A DNA stretch of 64,000 bases from Calditrichaceae bacterium (GTDB taxonomy: Bacteria; Calditrichota; Calditrichia; Calditrichales; JBFXGD01): contig JBFXLE010000002.1 in NCBI GenBank assembly GCA_050173015.1, positions 192,001 to 256,000 of the forward strand. Direction: 5' to 3'. Of the stretch, positions 1 to 8,257 are shown piece by piece. Every line of letters begins with the position of its first letter. Positions within the stretch are counted from its first letter, which is position 1. A model generated the notes under the pieces. The model searched no databases and was not told the origin of the DNA. It saw nothing but the letters and a program-made list of their open reading frames with translations. Both the position numbers and the translations under genes were made by a program.

Positions 1-16
1 GAGACTAACTTTTTAA

Positions 17-45
17 TTGACTTTAAATGTATGTAAAACTAAATT
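17..45 (+). promoter_or_regulatory. sigma70-type promoter upstream of secD (TTGACT-N17-TAAATT)
   Basis: -35 TTGACT at 17-22, 17-nt spacer, -10-like TAAATT at 40-45. The same architecture recurs upstream of the tRNAs. Confidence 0.6.
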
Positions 46-109
46 ATATGTCTTTTAAAATGACTAAAATTATTAAATCATATTATTTTCAGGAATTACC
101 GGGAGGAAG

Positions 110-1999
110 GTGCATTTAATGAAATCGAGTACTACAACGAAGTTCATTCTAATTCTTGTGGTTTTGCTTGTAGCTGTATACCTTTTATATCCGACGTACA
201 AGCTGAACTCAATGACGGATACTCAGCAAAGTGTAATGCAAACACAGGATCAGAAAAAATTCTTCGATTTAAAATCAGGAACCATCAATCTTGGTTTGGA
301 TTTACAGGGTGGCATGCACGTTGTTCTGGAGGTGGATATAAAAGAACTGCTGAATCGCCTTGCAAAAAACCAGAATGATGATTTCAGACTTGCGCTTGAG
401 GAAACTCAAAAACAGGTGGAAGTTTCTGATGATGATTTTATCTCTGTATTTAATGAAAAATTAAATGAAAAAAACGCGAACATTGTTCGGTTTTTTGGTA
501 CGGCTGAACGTCGCACAGAGGCGGATGTTGTAAGTTATCTTCGTGATCAGACCAAGGAAGCTGTGGGCAGATCCCTTGAAATTATGCGAAACCGCGTTGA
601 TGAATTCGGTGTCTCAGAACCAACTATTCAGAGACAGGGCGATCACCGCATTATCGTTGAACTTGCCGGTGTTACTGATCCCTCGCGTGTTCGTCAGCTT
701 ATCGGTAAAACAGCGCTTCTGGAATTCAAATTGTTAAAAGACAATGTAGTGAGCGCGCAAGTAGCTGAAAAAATTAATTCATTTATCAATTCAAAAGTAT
801 CCCCTGCGGACACTCTGAAAAAGACCAATGAAGCGAAGGGAGATACAGGAAGTACCGCTCTGGAGGATATCTTCGGGGTTGAAAATAAGAACGTCGCGAC
901 CCAATCAACTGTTTCTGATACGACCACAGGCGATCTGTTTGAGCAGAATATGTTCTTCCTGGATCCGCGCGATAAGCAGACGCTTCTTGTGCCCCGTGAT
1001 AAGGAATTAAAATTCAAAGCGCTTCTGAATTTACCGGAAATTCAAAAAATTATCGCTGAAGAAGCGGGTAGCGCTCAATTTTACTGGGGAGCGAAGCCGG
1101 AATATAACGAGGAATATTATCAGGTTTTTCTCGTAAACAAAAATCTGGAATTAAGTGGTGAAACCATTGTTGACGCTTTGCCTCAGCCGGGGAGTCAGTC
1201 CGATCCGACTTCTATCGGTAAATTTGAAGTTTCTTTAACCTTCAACGATGAAGGTTCACGCGTGTTTTCGAGAGTTACCGGAGCCAATATAGGCAAACGG
1301 CTGGCAATCATACTCGATAATAAAGTATTTCTTGCTCCATCTCTCCGTGTGAAAATCTCTAACGGTAGAGCGCGTATTACCGGATTGGAAACCATGGATG
1401 AAGCGAAGGATCTGGGAATTGTCCTGAAAGCCGGCGCGCTGCCTGCTCCGGTTGATATTATTGAAGAAAGAACGGTCGGTCCGTCACTGGGTGTTGATTC
1501 CATACGAGCCGGAAGTTATTCAGCAATTTTAGGGATGATTCTTGTCATGATTTTCATGGTAATATATTACCGGCTCTCAGGGTTTGTCGCCGATATAGCA
1601 TTGGTTCTCAATATCGTTTTTATCATGTCGATTATGGCATATTTTCATGCCACGCTTACTCTCCCGGGTATAGCGGGTATAATTTTGACTATCGGTATGG
1701 CGGTTGATGCAAATGTGCTTATTTTTGAGCGCATTCGGGAAGAACTGCGCCGTGGAAAAACAGTCCGCGCCTCTATCGAAGTGGGTTACGGAAAAGCATT
1801 TGTGACTATTCTGGATGCCAACGTTACTACGTTTATCGCGGGTCTTGTGTTATACACATACGGTTCAGGTCCCATCCAGGGTTTTGCGTTAACATTAATG
1901 ATTGGTATTTTGGCAAGTATGTTCACGGCGATCGTTGTGACACGCGTGATATTTGACTATGCGCTTGAAAAGAAAGCTATAAAGAATTTGAGCATATAA
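110..1999 (+). CDS. secD: protein translocase subunit SecD
   Basis: LGLDLQGG, RVDEFGVSEP, GPSLG, LTLPGIAG, IGMAVDANVLIFERIREE motifs. Start may be ATG at 119. Confidence 0.97.
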   Translation: MHLMKSSTTTKFILILVVLLVAVYLLYPTYKLNSMTDTQQSVMQTQDQKKFFDLKSGTINLGLDLQGGMHVVLEVDIKELLNRLAKNQNDDFRLALEETQKQVEVSDDDFISVFNEKLNEKNANIVRFFGTAERRTEADVVSYLRDQTKEAVGRSLEIMRNRVDEFGVSEPTIQRQGDHRIIVELAGVTDPSRVRQLIGKTALLEFKLLKDNVVSAQVAEKINSFINSKVSPADTLKKTNEAKGDTGSTALEDIFGVENKNVATQSTVSDTTTGDLFEQNMFFLDPRDKQTLLVPRDKELKFKALLNLPEIQKIIAEEAGSAQFYWGAKPEYNEEYYQVFLVNKNLELSGETIVDALPQPGSQSDPTSIGKFEVSLTFNDEGSRVFSRVTGANIGKRLAIILDNKVFLAPSLRVKISNGRARITGLETMDEAKDLGIVLKAGALPAPVDIIEERTVGPSLGVDSIRAGSYSAILGMILVMIFMVIYYRLSGFVADIALVLNIVFIMSIMAYFHATLTLPGIAGIILTIGMAVDANVLIFERIREELRRGKTVRASIEVGYGKAFVTILDANVTTFIAGLVLYTYGSGPIQGFALTLMIGILASMFTAIVVTRVIFDYALEKKAIKNLSI

Positions 2000-2035
2000 T
2001 TCTTACGAGATTTGATGGAAGGAGATCCATAGAAA

Positions 2036-2929
2036 ATGCAATTTTTCACTAACACTAATATAAACTTTATCGACCGCCGGAAAGTAGGGTACATATTTAG
2101 CGCCGTCCTGATATCGATTTCAATAATCTCGCTAATTTTGCATGGCGGACCGCGGTATAATATCGATTTCACCGGTGGAACGCTTGTTCATCTTAAATTT
2201 GAAAAAGACGTTGAAATTCAGACGATCAGATCCACTCTAAGCGCTCACGGTTTCGGAGATTCTGAAATCAAACACTTTGGTGGGAAAAATGAAATTTCCA
2301 TTCGCGCGGGTATTGAACGCACGGATGAAGAACTTTCTACAACTATTGAAAATCTAATCAGCGAGGCGCTGCCGGATAACCCCTTTCTCGTTCAAAGGGT
2401 TGAAAAAGTGGGACCGAAGGTTGGCCATGAGTTGATTATAGACGCGCTGATGGCAATTTTCTGGGCGATGCTTTTAATCCTTATCTATGTCATGTGGCGT
2501 TTTGAATTCAAGTTTTCAATTGGTGCCATCAGCGCTTTGATGCATGATATTATAATAACACTTGGTATTTTTTCTGTGTTAAATATCGAGATATCAGCGC
2601 CGATTATCGCGGCGGTTTTAACGATTGTCGGCTATTCTCTGAATGACACCATCGTTGTTTATGACCGGATTCGGGAAAATTTGAAAACAAGCCGGAAAAG
2701 TTTATCCGATCTTGCTGAGCTGGTGAACCAGAGTATCAATGAAACATTGAGTCGCACAATCATGACTTCCGGTACCACCATGCTCGTGGTGCTGGTACTC
2801 TTTTTCTTCGGAGGAGAAGTATTAAGGACCTTTGCGCTGGCATTGACTATCGGTATTGTAGTTGGAACTTATTCATCCATATTTATTGCAAGCCCTATAG
2901 TGGTAGACTGGAAAAATAAAAAAGCATAA
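2036..2929 (+). CDS. secF: protein translocase subunit SecF
   Basis: IDFTGG, VGPKVG, GYSLNDTIVVYDRIREN, GTYSSIFIA motifs. Follows secD. Confidence 0.97.
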   Translation: MQFFTNTNINFIDRRKVGYIFSAVLISISIISLILHGGPRYNIDFTGGTLVHLKFEKDVEIQTIRSTLSAHGFGDSEIKHFGGKNEISIRAGIERTDEELSTTIENLISEALPDNPFLVQRVEKVGPKVGHELIIDALMAIFWAMLLILIYVMWRFEFKFSIGAISALMHDIIITLGIFSVLNIEISAPIIAAVLTIVGYSLNDTIVVYDRIRENLKTSRKSLSDLAELVNQSINETLSRTIMTSGTTMLVVLVLFFFGGEVLRTFALALTIGIVVGTYSSIFIASPIVVDWKNKKA

Positions 2930-2948
2930 CTGGATAAAGGAAATAAAA

Positions 2949-3284
2949 ATGAACATCCAGGTAACTGAACACAACGGAGTTTCAATCATTTCCCTTGCCG
3001 GCAAAATAATGGGCGGACCCGAAGCCGGGCAAATAAATGAGCAGATTAATCTTCTGCTTGACCAGGGAAACAGAAAGATTATCATGGATCTCGAGAATGT
3101 GGAATGGATGAATAGTTCCGGACTTGGGATTCTGATTGGCGCGATCACGACGCTGAAAAATAACGGCGGTAAAATGGCACTGATCAATGTGTCAGAGCGT
3201 ATCCTTAACCTTTTGAAAATCACTAAATTAATAAACGTGTTTAGTGTCCATCCTGACCTGGAAAGCGCTTTAGCGGAAATTTAA
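2949..3284 (+). CDS. STAS-domain anti-sigma factor antagonist (SpoIIAA/RsbV-like)
   Basis: 111 aa; DLENVEWMNSSGLG contains the phospho-Ser motif; C-terminal LKITKL..F. Confidence 0.9.
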   Translation: MNIQVTEHNGVSIISLAGKIMGGPEAGQINEQINLLLDQGNRKIIMDLENVEWMNSSGLGILIGAITTLKNNGGKMALINVSERILNLLKITKLINVFSVHPDLESALAEI

Positions 3285-3301
3285 TCTGAAAACCTTTTGA
3301 T

Positions 3302-3335
3302 AAACTCCGGTATTTGACCGGAGTTTTCTATTTTT
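3302..3335 (+). terminator. intrinsic terminator after secDF-STAS
   Basis: AAACTCCGGT/ACCGGAGTTT inverted repeat followed by a T-rich tail. Confidence 0.7.
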
Positions 3336-3345
3336 AAGGAATATT

Positions 3346-4620
3346 ATGCCAGTAAAAATTGTGGTAGGCAGCCAATGGGGAGACGAGGGAAAGGGCAAGA
3401 TTATTGATGTCCTTAGTGAAGCCATGGATCTCGTTATTCGATATCAGGGTGGCGCAAACGCCGGTCACACTGTTTGTATCGGTGAAGACAAGTATGTGCT
3501 TCATCTGTTGCCGTCCGGCATATTAAGACCCGGTGTGAAGTGTATTATCGGTGGTGGCGTTGTTCTCGATCCGGAAGCATTCCGGGATGAACTCAACTTT
3601 CTGGAATCCGTCGGCGTCGATTATCAGAACAGGCTAATGATTTCACCTAGAACACATGTAATTTTTCCATATCATAAATTGCTCGATAAGCTCTCGGAAA
3701 CCGGGAAGGGGAAAGAACAAATCGGTACGACGGGCAGGGGTATTGGACCTGCATACACTGATAAATACAGCCGTGTCGGACTACGGGCTGTTGATTTGAT
3801 CAATGATGATATACGAAATCAACGATTAAAAGAGATTATCAGCCAAAAAAACTTTCTTATTGAAAAATATTACAATTCCCGGCCGATAGAGCTCGATGAA
3901 ATTCTAAAAACCGGCGAAATGTACGCTGAAATTATCAGGCCATTCGTTAATGAAACTGTGGAAATGGTAAACCGATTTATTCAAAAAGGTAAAAATATTC
4001 TTCTGGAAGGGGCTCAGGGCGCTCTGCTTGATATTGACTTTGGATCTTATCCTTATGTGACATCTTCTCACACGATATCCGGTGGAGGAACGATCGGGTC
4101 CGGGGTTCCGGTTACAGCTGTCAATGGCGTAACCGGCGTTATGAAAGCATATCTTACACGTGTTGGAAACGGTCCGTTTCCAACCGAAGAGGATACTCCA
4201 ACGGGTCAAAAGCTACGTGATATCGGCGCTGAGTACGGCGCCACCACAGGACGCCCCCGCAGATGCGGATGGCTGGATCTCGTAGCCGCGAGATACTCTG
4301 TGCAAATTAATGGAATTACCGATCTTGCTCTTACAAAATTGGATGTTCTTGATCAATTTGATAAAATTTATGTCTGCACATCTTACCGGCATAAAAACAA
4401 TTCGCTAAACACCTTTCCGGCTGATCAGACAACATTGTCGGAGATTGAGCCGGTTTATGAGGAGTTACCTGGCTGGAATGAATCTATCAATTCAATCAGG
4501 ACTTTCGACGGATTGCCGGTCAAAACAAAAAATTATATAAAATATATTGAAGATTTTTGTTCTGTTCCCGTGAAGTATATTTCGGTAGGGCACAGACGGG
4601 AAGAGATCATCATTAAATAG
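3346..4620 (+). CDS. purA: adenylosuccinate synthetase
   Basis: QWGDEGKGK, QGGANAGHT, EGAQG, GATTGRPRRCGW motifs. Confidence 0.98.
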   Translation: MPVKIVVGSQWGDEGKGKIIDVLSEAMDLVIRYQGGANAGHTVCIGEDKYVLHLLPSGILRPGVKCIIGGGVVLDPEAFRDELNFLESVGVDYQNRLMISPRTHVIFPYHKLLDKLSETGKGKEQIGTTGRGIGPAYTDKYSRVGLRAVDLINDDIRNQRLKEIISQKNFLIEKYYNSRPIELDEILKTGEMYAEIIRPFVNETVEMVNRFIQKGKNILLEGAQGALLDIDFGSYPYVTSSHTISGGGTIGSGVPVTAVNGVTGVMKAYLTRVGNGPFPTEEDTPTGQKLRDIGAEYGATTGRPRRCGWLDLVAARYSVQINGITDLALTKLDVLDQFDKIYVCTSYRHKNNSLNTFPADQTTLSEIEPVYEELPGWNESINSIRTFDGLPVKTKNYIKYIEDFCSVPVKYISVGHRREEIIIK

Positions 4621-4629
4621 ATTTGAACA

Positions 4630-5514
4630 ATGAAGCGATTTTTACTCATTTTTTTTTTATTCATTCAGTTATTTTTATATCATTGCGATAAAAAGGCTGA
4701 ATCATCAGAAAATCCGAAAATCCTTTTCGAATTAATATACATATCAAATCTGAACGGTAGTCTTGAGAATTGCGGATGCGGTGATCCGCCTCTTGGCGGG
4801 GTTGACCGGATAGCATCTGTGATCAATCAAAAACGGTCTGAGAATCCCAATCTGTTGTTCATCGATGGAGGTGATTTCTTAAATACATACCCATTCCGTC
4901 TCCTGAACAGCAGTGTGGTGGAAGGATACAAATATCTCAAACCTGATGGTTTGATTCTGGGAGATCAGGAATTTGTTGAAGGTCCGGGATTTCTAAACAG
5001 ATTGGCGCTCGAACTACGGAAATCCATCATCGCGTCAAACTACATGATCCAGAACACGAAATTGCGGGAAAATCTTGTGTTTAAATCTCCTTCCGGTGAG
5101 ACGATGCGATTTTTTGCTTATCTGGATCCCGAATCTTTTGATTTTATAAAAGCAGATAGTTTAACGCGTTTTGATCCACAAAAATTTGATTCGCTTTACC
5201 ATGCCATAAACAAAGAAGAAATATCCGTTGTGATATATCACGGAACAAGCGTAGGACTGGAATCGTTTCTAAATAAGTATTCAGATTTTGATCTGATACT
5301 TTCTTCTCATGAACAAAGTCTTAAATATACCGTCAATTCTTCACCCGCTGTCATAAGCGGCGGGGCTGACGGCAAGTCGGTTATAAATATTCAAGTTCTA
5401 AAATCAGAAACTGATATCGAATACCGTGTCTTTAACATACCTATTGGTCTGGAGATTGAACCGGAACCCGCTGTATCTGATATAATTTATAAATATATAA
5501 ATAATTTACATTGA
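4630..5514 (+). CDS. exported UshA/5'-nucleotidase N-terminal-like metallophosphoesterase-fold protein with CGC motif
   Basis: Signal peptide or lipobox-like N-terminus; SNLNGSLENCGCGDPPLGG, IDGGDF, LGDQEF motifs; no C-terminal nucleotidase domain. Confidence 0.6.
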   Translation: MKRFLLIFFLFIQLFLYHCDKKAESSENPKILFELIYISNLNGSLENCGCGDPPLGGVDRIASVINQKRSENPNLLFIDGGDFLNTYPFRLLNSSVVEGYKYLKPDGLILGDQEFVEGPGFLNRLALELRKSIIASNYMIQNTKLRENLVFKSPSGETMRFFAYLDPESFDFIKADSLTRFDPQKFDSLYHAINKEEISVVIYHGTSVGLESFLNKYSDFDLILSSHEQSLKYTVNSSPAVISGGADGKSVINIQVLKSETDIEYRVFNIPIGLEIEPEPAVSDIIYKYINNLH

Positions 5515-6560
5515 TTTTAGAGGAGTTCGCCATAAAAGCACAGGAAATCATAAAAGCCGCGATAGCCAAACTTTTTGACGGAAACAATCTTTCCCGCGAA
5601 GAGAGCAGGGTTATCATGAAAATGATGATGGAGGGAAAGATAACAGATGCTCAAATATCTGCTTATCTGGTAGCTCTAAGAATGAAAGGTGAGACTGTCG
5701 ATGAAATTGCCGGCTCGGCAGAGGCAATGATCGAAAAAGTCGACGCCGTTAATTTTAAATACGACAATTTTGTTGATACCAGTGGAACAGGATGTGACAA
5801 TCTTCATACCTTTAATATTTCCACCACGGCGGCTTTTGTGACCGCCGGAGCCAATGTGGCTGTGGCAAAGCATGGAAACCGCTCTATTCTGAGTAAATGC
5901 GGCAGTTCGGATATATTAAAAGCTTTGGGTGTTAATATCGATATTTCAAATGATCTTGTTTCGCGATGTTTTCATGAAATCGGAATCGCTTTTCTGTTTA
6001 GACCGAAATATCATAAATCATTTCAATATGCCCTTGGACCAAGGAGAGAAATAGGCGCGAGGACTCTGTTCAATGTTTTGGGACCCATCACAAATCCTGC
6101 CCAGACCCGTCATCAATTGATTGGTGTTTATGACGCGTCTCTTATGCGTAAGTTAGTCGATGTAATGCGCGAGCTTGGGGCGCACCAGGTGATGGTGGTT
6201 CATGGAGATGACGGACTTGATGAAATTACTATAACCGGAAAAACTCATGTCTGTGAGCTTATCGATGGTCAGGTATATGAATATGTAATTTCACCGGAAG
6301 ATTTCAAAATGAAGAGTTCACCAATCTCAAGTGTTCAAAGCAGCTCATGTGAAGAAAATGTTCGCTACACGATGAACGTATTAAACGGAGAAGAGGGTCC
6401 TGCTACCGATATCGTAATGTTAAATGCCGGCGCGGCGATCAAGGTAAGCGGTAAAGTGGCTTCTCTGGCAGAAGGGATCGAGTTGGCGAGGGAATCAATA
6501 ATAAGCGGCGCCGCGAAGAGAAAGTTGGAGAACCTGATCAAAATTACAAATTTATCTTAA
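5511..6560 (+). CDS. trpD: anthranilate phosphoribosyltransferase (divergent)
   Basis: ALRMKGET, TFNIST, AKHGNR, RTLFNVLGP, HGDDGLDE motifs. The glycine loop reads GTGCD. Confidence 0.85.
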   Translation: MILEEFAIKAQEIIKAAIAKLFDGNNLSREESRVIMKMMMEGKITDAQISAYLVALRMKGETVDEIAGSAEAMIEKVDAVNFKYDNFVDTSGTGCDNLHTFNISTTAAFVTAGANVAVAKHGNRSILSKCGSSDILKALGVNIDISNDLVSRCFHEIGIAFLFRPKYHKSFQYALGPRREIGARTLFNVLGPITNPAQTRHQLIGVYDASLMRKLVDVMRELGAHQVMVVHGDDGLDEITITGKTHVCELIDGQVYEYVISPEDFKMKSSPISSVQSSSCEENVRYTMNVLNGEEGPATDIVMLNAGAAIKVSGKVASLAEGIELARESIISGAAKRKLENLIKITNLS

Positions 6561-6890
6561 CTGATATTATGTCATTTAGATACGTTTAATAAAGGATTTG
6601 TGATTTTTATACGGAGTTTTAACTCCGGAATGAATTTTTTTTAACGGCTTAAATAAATTCCCTATCAACTTCTGTGTAAAATAATTGCGTCAGATGGTGG
6701 CGTTTTTATATATTGTTGCATCCCAGAAGGATAGGATGTGGTTATTGCCCCATTGATTAAAACACCAGGGAAGAAATCCTATATTTCATTACAGAAAGTC
6801 AGTTGTAATACAAATGAAAACAGTCCGAATTATGTCACAGAATATAATCGGAACATAGTAAATTCCATATGAAAAAAACGGGAAATCAGT

Positions 6891-7181
6891 TTGAAGGAAA
6901 AAAACTCCAAAATCAACGCATTCCGTATTAAAATTGATGAAACCGACAAATCAATTGTCAGATTATTGAATCAGCGCGCGGTTTTTGCGGTTGAAATTGG
7001 GAAAATAAAACGCAAATTGAATTTACCGGTTTATACACCCAGCAGGGAAGAGGAAGTTATCCGAAACGTAAAATCAAACAACAGCGGTCCTCTTCAAGAT
7101 GATGCAATCCAGCGTCTGTACGAGAGGATAATAGACGAATCGAGACGACTGGAACGCGAATATTTTTCTGAAGACGAATAA
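6891..7181 (+). CDS. chorismate mutase (AroQ type, monofunctional)
   Basis: R..ID..D..IV.LLN.R...A..IG..K......Y.P.RE pattern; IIDESRRLE. Confidence 0.85.
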   Translation: MKEKNSKINAFRIKIDETDKSIVRLLNQRAVFAVEIGKIKRKLNLPVYTPSREEEVIRNVKSNNSGPLQDDAIQRLYERIIDESRRLEREYFSEDE

Positions 7182-7183
7182 AA

Positions 7184-8257
7184 ATGGGTATAAATTTTTT
7201 TAAGAGACTTTCTAATAAACAGAAAAGTCTTATTCTGATCTTATTCCTGTTGCCGATTTTTGTGATAGATGTTCTACATTATTTCACATTACCGGAAAGA
7301 GCGTACGAACCTCCGGATAAGATTGAGATTGATATACCGAGAGGGGCAGCATTGACTCAAATTGCTGATTCGCTTGGTAAATATGAATTGATTAAGAATA
7401 AAAAAATGTTCATACTCTGGGCAAAATTATTGGGATATGAAAATAAACTAAAGGCAGGATTGTTCAAGATACCGGTGAATTTGAATAATGCCCAATTGCT
7501 GACATATCTCTCGCAAGCGAGGGCGCAGGAGGTTTCGGTAACGCTTCTGGAGGGTTGGAGCGCCGCCAGAATCGGTCTGGAATTAGAGCAAAAATTAAAA
7601 ATAAACGCAGCAAAATTTGATTCATTATGCCGGGATTCCAGCCTAACCGGGGAACTTGAAGCTGAACCAGATAACTTAGAAGGATATCTGTTGCCGGATA
7701 CCTATTCATTCTACTGGGGAATTACCGAAGAATCGCTGATCCGGTTTTTTCTCAACAGAACGTTATCCCTCTTCGAGTCGGATAGTGTAAAGGCAGCGCT
7801 TAAAGAGCTTGGAATGACGCGTCACCAAATACTCACCCTCGCTTCAATAGTGGAAGGTGAGGCTATTTTTGATGATGAACGCTCAATTATTGCATCGGTT
7901 TATTACAATCGGTTAAGAAGACATATGAAATTACAGGCAGATCCTACGGTACAGTTTATACTTGACGATGCGCCTCGTCGGTTATTGTACAAGGATCTTG
8001 AAATCGATTCTCCATACAATACGTATTTATATTACGGATTGCCTCCCGGACCGATCAATAATCCCGGTAAAGCATCAATTTTCGCGTCACTGTTTCCCGC
8101 AGACACAAAGTATTTGTTTTTTGTGGCTACCGGAGACGGGCGGCATGCGTTTTCTGTGACAGCATCTGAACATGCCAGAGCAAAAGCCGCGTTTGACAAA
8201 GTTAGAAGAGAAGTGTATCGCAAGAAACGACAAGTAAAGTTAAAGGAAAACGATTAA
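7184..8257 (+). CDS. mltG: endolytic transglycosylase MltG
   Basis: N-terminal TM; LEGYLLPDTY, ASIVEGE, LQADPT, SPYNTY, GLPPGPINNPG motifs. Confidence 0.95.
   Translation: MGINFFKRLSNKQKSLILILFLLPIFVIDVLHYFTLPERAYEPPDKIEIDIPRGAALTQIADSLGKYELIKNKKMFILWAKLLGYENKLKAGLFKIPVNLNNAQLLTYLSQARAQEVSVTLLEGWSAARIGLELEQKLKINAAKFDSLCRDSSLTGELEAEPDNLEGYLLPDTYSFYWGITEESLIRFFLNRTLSLFESDSVKAALKELGMTRHQILTLASIVEGEAIFDDERSIIASVYYNRLRRHMKLQADPTVQFILDDAPRRLLYKDLEIDSPYNTYLYYGLPPGPINNPGKASIFASLFPADTKYLFFVATGDGRHAFSVTASEHARAKAAFDKVRREVYRKKRQVKLKEND

Noticed and set aside
6694-6756. 20-codon ORF (MVAFLYIVASQKDRMWLLPH) as an aromatic amino-acid attenuator for chorismate mutase
   Set aside because: It has no tandem Phe/Tyr/Trp codons, no SD and no terminator/antiterminator pair.
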